Position numbers and translations under genes: made by a program
Source: Asterias rubens
Lineage: Eukaryota
Reading direction: 5' to 3'
Assembly: GCF_902459465.1 (NCBI RefSeq)
Contig: NC_047067.1
Location: 19,592,001 to 19,656,000, forward strand
Length of the DNA: 64,000 nucleotides
In this document: positions 11,331 to 24,160 of the stretch, piece by piece
Layout of the letters: the number at the start of each line of letters is the position of its first letter
Position numbering within the stretch: position 1 is the first letter of the stretch
Notes under the pieces: generated by a model
Told to the model about the DNA's origin: nothing
Databases searched by the model: none
The model's input: the letters and a program-made list of their open reading frames with translations, nothing else

Positions 11331-13169
11331 TTTAAAATTTAAGTCGGCAGAGACTTCCTAAATAGGTTTGGGATTTCTAATTGAAAGGCCCTGGACGGGG
11401 GAGGACGTACACTCTCAAATATCCTTTAACAGTTTATAGGCTATTACGGTTCAACCACATCCATTCACTAAAATATTAATCGTTAGAATTGTGAAGTCCA
11501 TAAAAGATTACTTCCGAGGCAAAGTATACCAGCTTTTCGTCAGGTTGCGTTTTTTAGATATCGCCGAAAATCCAGAGCGAACAATTATGTCCATGGAGGA
11601 AGAATAATCCCTTAAAATATGAAGACACAATCTGAGAAAAGTTACTGGAGATTCGATTTATTGGTGCATACAAGCTGATATCTTTTTACATAACCACATT
11701 ACTTTGAAGTGAAATGTTTCTCGAAATGCTTTATACTATCAAAGCTGTTGTATGCTTCTCAATAATTGTTTTCTTGTCATTAATGAGTGAGCGCTTACCA
11801 TAATTTTCCAAGTAAAAAAGTGTTCTTCTCCTTCTATCTTTTTTGGTCACTAATATATATTTTCCCGTCCTCTATAATTTCGTCGGTCAAAATATTTTCA
11901 TTAACACACAATAGTCCACTTTGACAAATTTAGTCATTCTCCAGACGGCGTGAAATTGTGAGCCAACGATAACAAATTGAGTTGAACTCCACCCGCCGGC
12001 TTGAATGTTTTTTGACATGTTGTAGAGATTAAAGGCAGTGTATACTTTTAGTAAATCGTCAAAGACCAGTATCATCACTTGATTTATCCAAACATATTAT
12101 GATGCACAAAATAACAAACCTCAAAATTTGGGCTCAACTGGTCATCGAATTTGCACGAAATAATGGAGAACAAACACGTAATGGAGAACAAACACGCACA
12201 CAAAGTGACACGTCGAAAAATCACATATTACTATCCACAAAACGAAACCGTTAAAACCTGACTAGACATTTCGGAAATATTGAAATATTATAGTTAATTC
12301 TGACATAATTCATATCAGTAAAGCATATTTCAATGACCTGATAAGGTTGCTATTGGATTATATTTCATAAACAGCACATTATGATGGAAATGAAAAGCAC
12401 GTGTGCATTTCAAACAAGCCGCACCCATATTCAGAAAAACAATAACAGGAGTGACTGGCACTTGTACACAAAAATAGAACACTCAACTATTATTATAAGA
12501 CAGTGGGTGTAGTGTTACTACACCTCACCACCAATTCAGCTTCAAACAACAACTCAATTAAAGAGAAAGTAAATTTTGTTTGTTGGCACCGTTCGGTTGT
12601 TTTAATCCTAACATAAGGCACAAACAATTTAACAAACCTGTGAGCATTTCAAAAGGAAAGCGTTTTTTAGATATTGCCTAAAATCCCCAGAGCGATTATG
12701 TCCACGCAGGTAGAATGATCGGTAATTGGAATACACAATGTGAGAAACGTATTTGCAGTAATGTTTCTCAGATTCTAATTTCGGGGGATAACATCTGATA
12801 TATTTTGTTTGTAACTGCATTAATCCTATTAAGTGAGGTGATTCTCAGGATGCTTAATTATAGTTGGTAGAGTGCCGGACGTTAATCTGGAGAGTGCAGG
12901 TGCAATTCCCGCTGTAGAATTGTTTTTTGTTCAATCCAAAATAATATTTAAGACTTGCCATCATAAACTTAGACTTTCTGCTGATAAATATTGAAAAACA
13001 CAACTGCGTCACTGTCTTAATAGGATATTCCAACAACTTGATATAATATGCCTATATTTTGTCTGATGACAATGTTCTTTTTTAAAATCAGGATTTGACT
13101 ATAGAATATTTTGTATTGTTTATAGAATAACACAGTCATAATAATTGTTACGAAATCGTAGTAGAACAT

Positions 13170-13560
13170 TTTGCACCATCTCAGCTGTACATGATGTCGA
13201 ATAAACGCAGATTCTTACAAGCATTATTCAGATTCATTGAAAAGGCGGGCATCAAAGCAAACTATTTATACTTTTTTGTCTCCTGAAGACATACTCACTT
13301 AAGAAGTTATTGAACTTGTTAATTGTTAACTTGAAGAATAAGACTTTGTGTTCAACATTATCAAGGGACCCTTACTCAATCGCCTTCTTTCATCCTTAGA
13401 CTATTAAAGGTTCGAGTTAGCAATAATAATCCTGGAACTCAATGTAATTAAAAGTATGTGTCAAAACAATTTCTTCAATCTTTTCACATTTCAATAGTTT
13501 ATACAGGCTTAATCTGATTATATAAGCAATTTAGGAGTTGTTGTTTTTTGTAAGTCATAC
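13170..13560 (-). mobile_element. Degenerate LINE reverse-transcriptase fragment
   Basis: Minus-strand frames give LSKG../LDNVEHKVLFFKL (like LSKAFDTVDHxILLxKL), then an IMY(A)D-like motif, with frameshifts. Confidence 0.55.
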
Positions 13561-16500
13561 AAATTATTTTATTTAATGTAACTGTTTAAAAGGCAAAGTT
13601 TACCTCTGGGTTTTGGAACCGTTCGATTGGTTGAATCATTTTAAGTGTTGGCATTGTACGATAAAATTAATCACGTTTTTTAAATATCACAACAAAATCA
13701 GGAGTGATTTTGTCTATGTAAAGGAAGAACAATCCGTTATTGGAATATACAATCTGAGAAACGTAACTGGCAGTAATGCTTCTTAGATTCAAACGTTGGT
13801 GCATCCATCTTTTTCAAAACCACAACCACATAACTTCCCAATTGAATTGGTTCTCAAGAGATGTGTCACTATCGAAAGCTGTTGTTTTATATAGGCTTCT
13901 AACCATATGTTGCCATTAATTTGAGTTATTACCAAACGTATAGGGACTTACCTTCACTTTAAATCAAAACTCTTTTTGTGAACATAAGATTTGACCTACA
14001 TATAGTGTAGGCTTTAATGGACTTTTCAGACTACTTAATCTCAATTTTTCTGATTTTTACTAAGGCAAACCAAATCGGAAGATCAGAGTAAAGTTGGAAT
14101 AATATCATGCCAGATTATAAGCACAATTAGAGTCTTGAAATAAGACTACATTGCCTTTAACAGGGAGTGGTTGTCGCTCCCCGCTAGAGTGCCTCTCCCA
14201 AAGCATAAACCGTGACAGCTATAATCCTCATATTCCGATAGAAGGGATTCCATCATATTACTGGGTGATCGGCCTGACAAACTCCAGAGGGTTTTTTCGC
14301 TGTATAATGCCCTCAGTTGTTGACTTTTATTTTTGTGTGCCGTTCGAGAGGGGGGGGGTAGTGCATGGCTTCAATTTGAGCTTAGGAAGGGTGAAGGGTG
14401 GCATACTGAAATAATTACGGATTTATTTTGAGCTTGTGCGGCAACAAGGAGGGAGATGGAAAACAGGCAAAAATCTACTCCAAAGTTCGGTGAAATTAAA
14501 ACAATGTAACAGTCCCAGTGCCAGTATTACACACTCAAGTTTAGAGAGAATGGTGATATGTTGCACAAAGAAGATACAAAATTGTGCACACAAATTGTTT
14601 TCACAAAACAAACACACCCCAATATTTGTGGATTATGCTAGACTATTATTACATTTTGATTGTTCATTTGCACTAATTGTGTTATTGTTCTGGCGGCCAG
14701 ATGTTGTGTATGTAAACTATAGCAACGTGGGGTAACATCCGCCCCCAGCAGTCTAAACATGTTTGCTAATTCATTAACGGCAGTATTAATTAGGCTTCTT
14801 GTTGTTAAACAACTTCCTTTTGTTTCTGACTGAGAGGGTCATTCTAAACTGTTTCTCGTCCTTTAAATTTTTGTATCACCTTTGTAATTTTCCTCAAAGA
14901 CTTTTCTTCATCCATTCTCGTTATAAGTAAAAGCAATACCTTTAGTTTCTGTAATAAGCAGTACATTGTTCTAATCCTATTATAAATGTTTAGTTGTTTA
15001 CAATAACAAATTTGAAAATTCCATTTCGCCGAAACTCTGGAGCAATATAGATGTCCGCGCAGGACCCCTATAGATGCCAATCTGAGAAGCGTTACCGCGG
15101 TATCGCTTCTCACATTCAATTTTTGGGGGATAAAAAGTGATACTACTTTCCATAACCGCTACTTCAAATCGAAAAGATTCTCGCGAAAACGCATTTTTAT
15201 CCGTGAGCTTCCACACTTCATTATTTTTCTTCATTATTTTCTACAGGCATAACCAAACGCATAAAGACCCTTTAAATCCATGTTTCATCATTTTTCAGTT
15301 CAAAACAATTGATACGAATATTTAACCAAAGAAAGATTGTTGTTGTTGTTTTGTTGTTGTTTGTTTATTTTTCTCACAAGATGAAGAAAAAGGAAAATGA
15401 GCTGATACCGAGTAAGCAATGTGACATTGTTATCTTTCATTCAGTTACTAACAAGAAAAGAGGCGATGAGCTGAGTCAGCTATTCAGTATCAGCTGCTAG
15501 CCGGCCCAAACATCAACACACTTATGAGTAACACAAGATGTTCTCTTTACAACCACTCGTTACACACAAGTCAGAACAATCAATTCATTTTACACACTGT
15601 ACTTGGTGCACCCAATCCTTCGCAGTAGAAACCAAATTTGTGAGCACCCCGAGTAGGAATCTAATCCAATCTCTTCCACGGAAGTCGTAAGTGCACCACT
15701 GAGCTTACACGAGGCTGGGTTTAAAGGGCATTGGATCCCTTGGCAATTACTTCAAAACATTATGACCATTAAAAACTACTTGGCAAAGAGCACTTGATAG
15801 CTGTTGATAATAATAACAATTGTTAGAAAAACAACTTGAAGTAGTGTAGTTTTAGAGAAAGAGCTTTTTTTCACCTACACACACAAATAATCTGAGAAAG
15901 TCTTCATGAGGCATGAAGGCTTTCTCATGCATTTGAAAACACAAAATATGCAACAAGGGTGTTTTTAATAGATGTGTTTTTCTTGCATACTTTTCTTGCA
16001 AATTTAATGACCAATTAAGCACAAATTTTCACAGGTTTTTCATTCCATACGTAATGTTGGAATGCACCAAGTGAGGATTCTGGTATTTGACAATTAATGC
16101 TAAAGGATCTTTGCCTTTAACACCTGTAACACATCATCAACCTCGATGCGGATTTCTCAAGCGCATAAGAGACAGAGACTGACAAGTATCTGATTCGAGG
16201 ACTTTACAACTAGACAGAGATGACTTGAACAACAACAGTAATTCCTTACCATGTCCACACCTTGAAAAACGTCTTGAAAGTGTTCTCTCTTTGTTCCTCA
16301 AAACAAGACTCGTCAAATGGATCCTTGATGAAGATGGATCTTGGCTATACACAAGCTTCTTGTAGTAGTACTGATGAAGCTTCTTTGTCTATAACTAGCT
16401 CCGTAATGTCCAAGTCTTAAATAAACTGAGTTCTCAGCATCTGATGAAGAATGTTTCTCCTTGCCGTTTTTTAAGAAACTATTGAGACATCTAAGATCAC

Positions 16501-17758
16501 GAGCTCACAATGACCACCAGAGACTGATTGGATCGAGAAAGGAGTCACACACTTTCTTTTATATACGCGTAAAATTCGGAAAGTTTGCTCCACTGGACTT
16601 TTATGGATTATTTTTAACTTCTCTGGGAGAGGGGCGCCCTCTTTGGTGACGATAACCAGTCGCAGTGACATGGCCCCATTTGGACCACCAAGCGATCACA
16701 GGCGCATGGTAGGCAGAACAAAAATCACAAAATGCAAGCTCCATTTATCTCAGATGCGTATTTTTAATCAGTGTGACTGATTTATCTGAGGAGTTCCCGT
16801 TTCGGACAGGCTGTTTACCAATGTTAAATCAACAAATGGCAGTTTGATGTGTTCGATACTGACAGGCAAAGTAAACGATGATTGAATTGAAGTGTCAAGT
16901 TTGCTCCCAAAGCTAAGTGGGGCCTAGAGCTGAGGAAGATGTTGAAATGTTGATGTTTTTGATGGAGTGCTTATATGGCACTATCCTTTTTGAAATATGA
17001 TATGGAGAGATGCCTTTCAAGTCTGGTCTTTAGATGGTGTTTAGCTGGGTGTTCAGCTTGGTGTTATGCTAACAATTATTTTGAGTAATTACCAATAGTG
17101 CCCACAGTGCCTTTAATTTGCAAGTGTAGATACCGAAGATATAAGACTAATTACTAGTCCCGATTGCTGAGCATACAACCCATCACGACTTCAATACGTG
17201 TTTTTTCGCAAATTGTGTCCCACCAAACAAACACAAAGATGATGCCGTCAGAGTCTGTCTCCATGGATTTCTGAAGCATCCCTTTATACCCATCAGTCAT
17301 ACAATGTGCAGAGATTCATGTAATAGGGCCTACTGTACAAACAACACTTAATTTTCTGTATAGGTATATTGACTTAAATTACATCAACTTCCTCTCATTC
17401 TGTCGTTTAATGATGATGGTATACGTGTACGTACACAATAACTAATCGTGTACGTACACTATATGTTCAAAGATTATTGTACGTACACAATTAATCCAAA
17501 CTTATCGTCATGTTAAGTTATCTTGTAAGTAAACGAGTTTTTGTATTCATGTGGTGGCAATATGAAGGAATTATCAAAGTTTAAATTACTGTATAGTCCA
17601 AATGAATCTGAAATATTTGAAGGCAGTGAGCGAGGAAGACAAGATTTATTTCACGGTACATAGATGGCATGCAGGGTGGACCAAAACCAGACCTCACATG
17701 CATCCAGTTGTGAACAGTATCCAAACTATTTCTAGGAAGATAGTGTGATAGCACTTAA

Positions 17759-18119
17759 AGACAGTGGACACTATTGGTAATTGTCAAAGACTAGTCTTCA
17801 CAGTTGGTGTATCTCAACATATGCATAAAATAACTAACCTGTAAAAATTTGAGCTCAATCGGTCATCGAAGTTGCGAGATAATAATGCAAGCTAAAAACA
17901 CCCTTGTCACACGAAGTTGATTTCGAGACCTCAAGTTCTAAATCTGAGGTCTCGAAATCAAATTCGTGGATAATGACTTCTTTCTCAAAAACTATGGCAC
18001 TTCAGAGGGAGCCGTTTCTCACAATGTTTTATACCATCAACCTCTCCCCATTACTCGTCACCAAGAAAGGTTTTATGCTAACAATTATTTTGAGTAATTA
18101 CCAATAGTGTCCACTGCCT
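17759..18119 (-). mobile_element. Kolobok-type non-autonomous MITE, full length
   Basis: TIRs AGRCAGTGGACACTATTGGTAATT, TTAA on both flanks (17755-58, 18120-23). Near-identical to 31910-32240 and 56691-57069. Degenerate relatives at about 12030, 15720-16060, 19025-19230, 50555-50925 and 53365. Confidence 0.85.
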
Positions 18120-21100
18120 TTAAGACTAACTAATAACGTAAAATTACATGAGCTTTTGTATAGCAACAACTTCTTCATCAATTGCATGAAGAGTCACAAT
18201 GTTGGCACAATGTCCAGATAAAAGGAATTTAGCAAATAGCAATATGTGTCATCCAAAAGTGAGGAGTAGTATTCCTGTGTTGAATTGTCCATACTATTGT
18301 ATAGATAAAGTGGACTTAGCAAACAGCAACTTCTGTGAGATCAAAAAGTGTGAGGAGTGTGGGTATTGCCAAAATATTCCTGTGTTGAATTGTCACAAAC
18401 TATTGTGTACAGATAAAGTGGACTTAGCAAATAGCAATATCTGTGGCACGTCAATACAGATAACCAAAAATGTCACTTTCTCTAATACAGACAATGGTTG
18501 ATGTTATGAAGTAAAAGCAATGTACTCACCCCCCCCCCCTTACACCCGAACATCCAATAATTGTAAAGCGATAACGCGATCAATTCGAATTAATGTTGAC
18601 AAGATGACGTGTTTTGCCATTAACACGATAATGGGGACAAACACACGAACAGACCCATCGGCGCTTCTTGAACTATAAGGCGACTATTAAGACAGTCTAT
18701 ATTATTAATTGAGATCAGAGGACTGAGCGAGAAATCCAATCTTGTAAATGGTCCATTATAAATTACAAATCCGCATGTTGCAACTTGTACAGTAAATTGT
18801 CCCTAAATAGGACCCAAATACATTATTTTGGGGGTTTGTTTCACAATAATGTTCAGCATAAGTTAAGTTAAAGTTTATTAGTTTGGCTCAGTGGTTTTTG
18901 TTCCTGCCTTTCACCTCTGTGGACCTCGGTTCGATTCCCAGTACAGAGCCTTTGCATGTGGATTGGGTTTTTCAGTGCCAACCCTGTGTGCGTGGGTTTT
19001 CCCGTTATGGGTTTTCCTCCCATTGTGAGAAACGGCACCCTCTGAAGTAATGTAGTGTTTGAGAAAGAGGTAGTTTCTAACTCAATTAAATTAAATATTT
19101 CAGGCCTGAAGCCTTTTATATAGGCATCTGAAGGCGCACAAATTTGTAACTGCGACGACCAATATTGAGTCAAAATGTTCACAGATGTTTTTATTTTATG
19201 AATAATGTTGGAAAAAAATGTCCAGTGCCTTTGAGAAAATGAAATCTACGGCAAAAAAAAGGTATTTTTAAAAGTACAATCAACTCGGCCAAACTTCCAT
19301 CCTCAGCTAAAACTATTTTCAGATATCGGCAGCTTGAAAACCATTATCCCACGGAAATTCCCGACAAAGTCAAGTACCGACAGACAGTCAGACATGAAGA
19401 AAAAAGGTCCCACCAACTGATGTCCACTTTAAGAACAACAAACAACTGCAGTTCTTGCCACGGGTATAAAACACAAACAGACAAAATAGAAAATGTTTTT
19501 CCCTTTTTTCAGTATTCATTTTTTTTTTTTTTTTTGACAAAACAAGACTCAAGCTGTGAAGTCAATTTTACCGTAATTTACCCCTAAGTGTACCGGCATT
19601 TTTTTGTATAAGGGCTAGCCGCGGCCCTCGGCTACTGTCGTGTGGTTGGTAATGGTTAGGTTGCTCCGGTCTTCACTTTGGCAAATCGATCATTATTACC
19701 CGCTTCATTCGCTGCAGGCGAGCGCCTGCCAATCAAAATTACCTCGGGTAAGATCGTTGTTATGGTCACTCATGAAACAGTCGTCAAAAACTTTAGACCA
19801 ATAGGATAGATGATTTTGTGTAGGTGGTGTGATACATAGAAACACCATATCATTATATTGATTAGTCGTTATCGTTATGTCATTAACAGGGTTGCAAAGT
19901 AAATTTGTCCACTGTTATTTATTATTTTTTTTGTACAGTTATCCGTAAGATAGTCGCAGATCGTTTTGCTGTATTGTGTGATCATCACTTTACATGAATG
20001 TGACAACCCTATGTGCTTAGTCCCCGTTGTTTGAGTCAGGAGAAATCAGTAAAACAACATTCAGTCATGTAAAAAGAAATCTTAATTTCAGCTGTTGTGG
20101 TTTGAGCTTTTTTTTCTTTTAGGTTTCAGTTTTTCATTTCCGAGTGAAATATTTTACGGAAAAAGGTGGTTTTAGTATGAAACGAAGCTTACAGACTAAG
20201 CTTACACAATGATGTTTTGTATTCTACAATTCCTGTATAAAGGTCAAATAAGATCCATTTAAAGAAATAATAATAGAACGGTCGTCGGAACTTGTGTTTG
20301 GCAATACTCTGATATAAGTTGACGATTGACTTTATTTTGAAAGGGGGCAATTTGCCTCACATCGGTGGGGAATCACGCTTTGAGAGTCCAAGCCGACAAA
20401 CTCCTAAACCAAACAGTAATCTTAACAGGGTTCCTTGGTAGGGATTCCTGTTTGATATTAACTCGTGGCATCACGGGCAAGGGATGCCGACCAGAAGCCG
20501 CGACCAAGTGACTGTTTAGTTTAACAGTTGGACCCGCTAGAAATCTGGGCCAGCTCTGATGAGTAAAATAATATACATGGACACACCATCACCGTGAATC
20601 AAGGAAAGTTCTTACTTGGTTGAAAGAAATGTCACCAATTATTTATCTGATTCATATTGAACAACAGCCTATTTCAGATTCGTTCATATAGTTCCATGAT
20701 GTGTATACATTATCTTAAAACACTAATGACGTATGTATAATCGTATGAATTATTAGAACAAGCTCATTTGTAGGAGACAGCGAAAAAGTCGTATACAGGT
20801 AAAAACAATTTGCGTTACCTTTTTGAAGGTTCACTCTAACTTCCCATGAGATAATAATCCTGAGTCCAGACACGAAGAAGAGACAAAAGAAATTCAGCAC
20901 AAGTTGTTATACTTGCCGAGCAGAATGTAAGCACAATATAAACCTATGTCCTGCCAACATTATCCAGCGCCCCCTCCTGGGAGCTTTTGACCTCAGAAAA
21001 GAATGACTGCGGTAAAAATTCCCCCACCAGAGCTGCCTCAATATTATTCCCCTTCCCTCACCCTCAACAAAAAGGCCTATTATTAACCTTGAACCTTTTT

Positions 21101-21782
21101 ATACTTTGGGTAATAATACAGGCTCACATTGGCCGCTGATGAAGGGGGGATTTGTCTTTACTCCGGAAGGGTGGGTGTAACCTTCTTAAAGGGTTCCCTT
21201 TTCAAAAGTTCTTGTCATGCGCCTTGAAAGATGGGCCAACCAAGGGCCTGTCAAAATGGAGACTATTATAGCCTACACGGTGCTAACCAACCCCATTTAT
21301 TCACCACCAACCAGGCCCCTGTTTAAACAAACCTAGCCGGGCGTGTTCGCGGAATAATCCTTAACTTTCCCTATCGGACTTAGCCAGCTAGCCAAGATCT
21401 TTTTTCCAGCGCGTCATTGCCGTCAGTGATCAGCAGCGGCCAAGGGAAAGCTAAAGGGGGGTTGAGGGAAGACCTCATGTAAAGCGTCAGTGTCATGGCC
21501 ACTATCTCTGTAATTGGTCAACCTTAGCAAGGCGTGACTCAGGGTATTTTCTTATAAATTCCCGGTAGATAGTTGAAAAGGGAAACCCTCATTTCGTATG
21601 TAGCTATCGTCAGGGCTAAATTCATAAAGCTGCTTGCAATTGCGGCCCCAATACTAGTTAAGCACAACAAAGTATGCTTACTGGAATAAGATGACCAGCC
21701 AAAATACCATGCCACATCAACCATTCACTGGTATCCTGCTTTGTAGTAACTGATTATCATTAATGTATAGAAAACTGACCCG

Positions 21783-21990
21783 TGTGGGTCGTGGCCGAGC
21801 GGTCAAGCGCACTGGACTCAATGTTAGTTGAGTGTTGGTTCGAGTCCAGTTCTGCCATTATTAGAAAGACAACAACCAAATTATTGATGGATGGACGCAA
21901 AGCCGTAGGTCCCGTGTGTTGTGTAAAGTACTTAAAATAACCCACTTATAGTTAAACACATCACTAAGGTAATGGATTTGCCTCGGTGTT
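21783..21990 (+). mobile_element. tRNA-derived SINE (partial)
   Basis: A-box gtggccgagcggtcaag, B-box ggttcgagtcc, and body (aaagccgtaggtcccgtgtgttgtgt) shared with the 23770 copy. Confidence 0.65.
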
Positions 21991-23769
21991 TCTGGCGGTA
22001 GCTGGCGCCGCAACTCATTGTAAACCCGTTTCAATGCTACATAAACGATCTGCAGAGAGTAAAATAAACAAAACTCCAACCTGTCTTTAAAAACATCAAT
22101 AAGTGCCTCCTGCAATTTGAGACTTTCTGATCATGAATAGGACCATAGTTCACTAACATCTAATCTTCTTAACTTTGTCCGTGTTGTTGAAAGGAAAAGG
22201 TTTTCAACCTATTTTCAACTTTTTACAGCTGCGCTTTTACCCCTCAGCTGATGCTCCCTCTATGCGTCACAAATAACAGCGCCCTCAAAGTCAAACTGAA
22301 ACGAGCCCATTTTTTTTTTAAAGACTGTCCAAGATATACTGTCCAATAAGGTACAACCCATCTATCATGAGGCGGGACACATGTCAAAACCATGTATCAG
22401 CACATAGGAAAAGCCATACTTTATTACTACACGGCCAACTTTGATTTTGAACTGAACGCACTGTTGCAATGCATAAGGCGCACCCAGGATGTCCCGCCCT
22501 CTAGCGGGGGCTCAGTAGGCTAAACAGCTTTCCCGGAACTTAATTATTACACGAAAGATCGGGAATGGGATTTATTAGGTGTATCCCAATAAATAAGGAG
22601 AAAACAGAGCGTCAGCTTTAAGTTTAAGCCCCTAAAATATTCTATTAACGACAGATCGAGAGCCTATAAAAGGGATAAGGTGAATTATTTGTGCCAAATA
22701 TTGTGACCTGGAGTTGTTGACTTCCAACTCGAGGTATTTAGGATAACATAGGCCCTGAATCATTATATTACTAGTACTTGTTGAGGGGTGGCATGGTGTT
22801 TTTTCACCACAACAAGATAAAACTTTCAAGGTTTTTGCACATGTTTGTGCCATCTCTGATTGTCTCTTATATCAAGCTAGGCTTATCCATTATAATTGAT
22901 AAACCTTGCATCATGAACATAGTCGACCTGTTTCAAAAAATAAGTGTGCCTTTTTAGACTCCACGGGGACATGAACAACTCCATTGAGTCAATGACTAGG
23001 CATTTTACACTGGAGGCCTACGGGTAGTTAACGTTCATTGTAGCGTGAATCAGTAACCAGTAACCCCGGTGTTTTCAAGCATTAAGGGTACGTATACCCA
23101 TCCAAGCAACCTCATCCCTAAATACTTGATCCCGCTGCCCGGAAAACCGGAAGGAATTGCACTACCTCGAAGAAAATCGCTTAATTATCCAAGAAGCTTA
23201 AAGACAATCAATTCTGTATTTTTGTTTCTCTGTCTCTCTTTGACAGCTGCCTGGTTGTGTCTCTGTATCCATCGTCAGGCTATTATGATGTGTTCTATGG
23301 AGCTTCCTTCCTTAGTGGAGTTAACCCCCATTGAAGACATGGTCAGCAAGAGAGCATGGAGGGGCACCATGGTTACAACAGGTCATGTCTCGTAGAAGGT
23401 AAACCCAGGAGAGTCTAAACTCAAGCTTCCATTGATACTGACCAGGAGAGCTTACGAATTACCTCTAATCACAAACATTCATTTTGGTAAATTGTTCTAT
23501 TTTGTTGAGATTTATTTGATAAATATTTTGAATGCAGCCCTCTGGCCAGCATGTGATTCACATTTCCTTTTGAGACAAAGGCCTGAGGAATATCTTAAAG
23601 TAAATGACGGCAAATTAAAATAACATGTTTTGGAGAACAACTGCAATGACAGGAGGTGAACAAAATATTGAGTGCTTTTGTGACTATATACACACATAGC
23701 TCGTTCCTGACCTAACTGAGAGACTCTGTTGAACTTCTATGATGAATCACGCATGTCGACAGCTGATTT

Positions 23770-24160
23770 GTGGCGTGTCGTGGCCGAGTGGTTAAGAACA
23801 CCGAACGCAAACTCCGGTGTTTCTGATCAGCAGAGTGTGGGTTCAATTCCTCCAGGTCGTGACACTTGTGTTCTTAAGCAAGACACTTAACCATTATTGT
23901 TTGTTCTTCGGACGGGACGTAAAGCCGTTGGTCCCGTGTGGTGTGTTATGCACATCTTATCGTAATGCACATCTTATCGTAAAGAGAATGGGTGCACTGT
24001 TCCTGGTTTGATTGGCAGCATATTGTGCTTTTGACTCCCATTGTAAACAATTGCATGGTGCTGTAAAAGGACGATAGGTCTCAAAACTCAGCTCCACTCT
24101 ATACCTTGCATGACAAAATACTGAGTGCTTTGGTACCATGGGGTGTGATAAAGCGCTAAA
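23770..24160 (+). mobile_element. tRNA-derived SINE with CORE-like segment
   Basis: A-box gtggccgagtggttaag, B-box ggttcaattcc, then gtgttcttaagcaagacacttaacc resembling the CORE/MIR motif gtgaccttgggcaagtcacttaacc. Confidence 0.7.

Noticed and set aside
17904-18107. Near-identical short ORFs at 17904, 31922 and 56703
   Set aside because: All lie within copies of the same non-coding MITE, with no transposase motifs.
18199-18501. Cys-rich 100-aa ORF with an internal repeat
   Set aside because: Produced by a local ~110-bp tandem duplication. No signal peptide or splice support.
20555-20600. CTGATGAG hammerhead-like start
   Set aside because: No stem II or GAAA follows. The same holds for the CTGATGA hits at about 13063, 16371, 16440, 21137, 25316 and 28253.
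23770-23860. tRNA gene
   Set aside because: It has A/B boxes but no cloverleaf or T-run terminator, and continues into a repeated SINE body. The same applies to the other tRNA-like heads.
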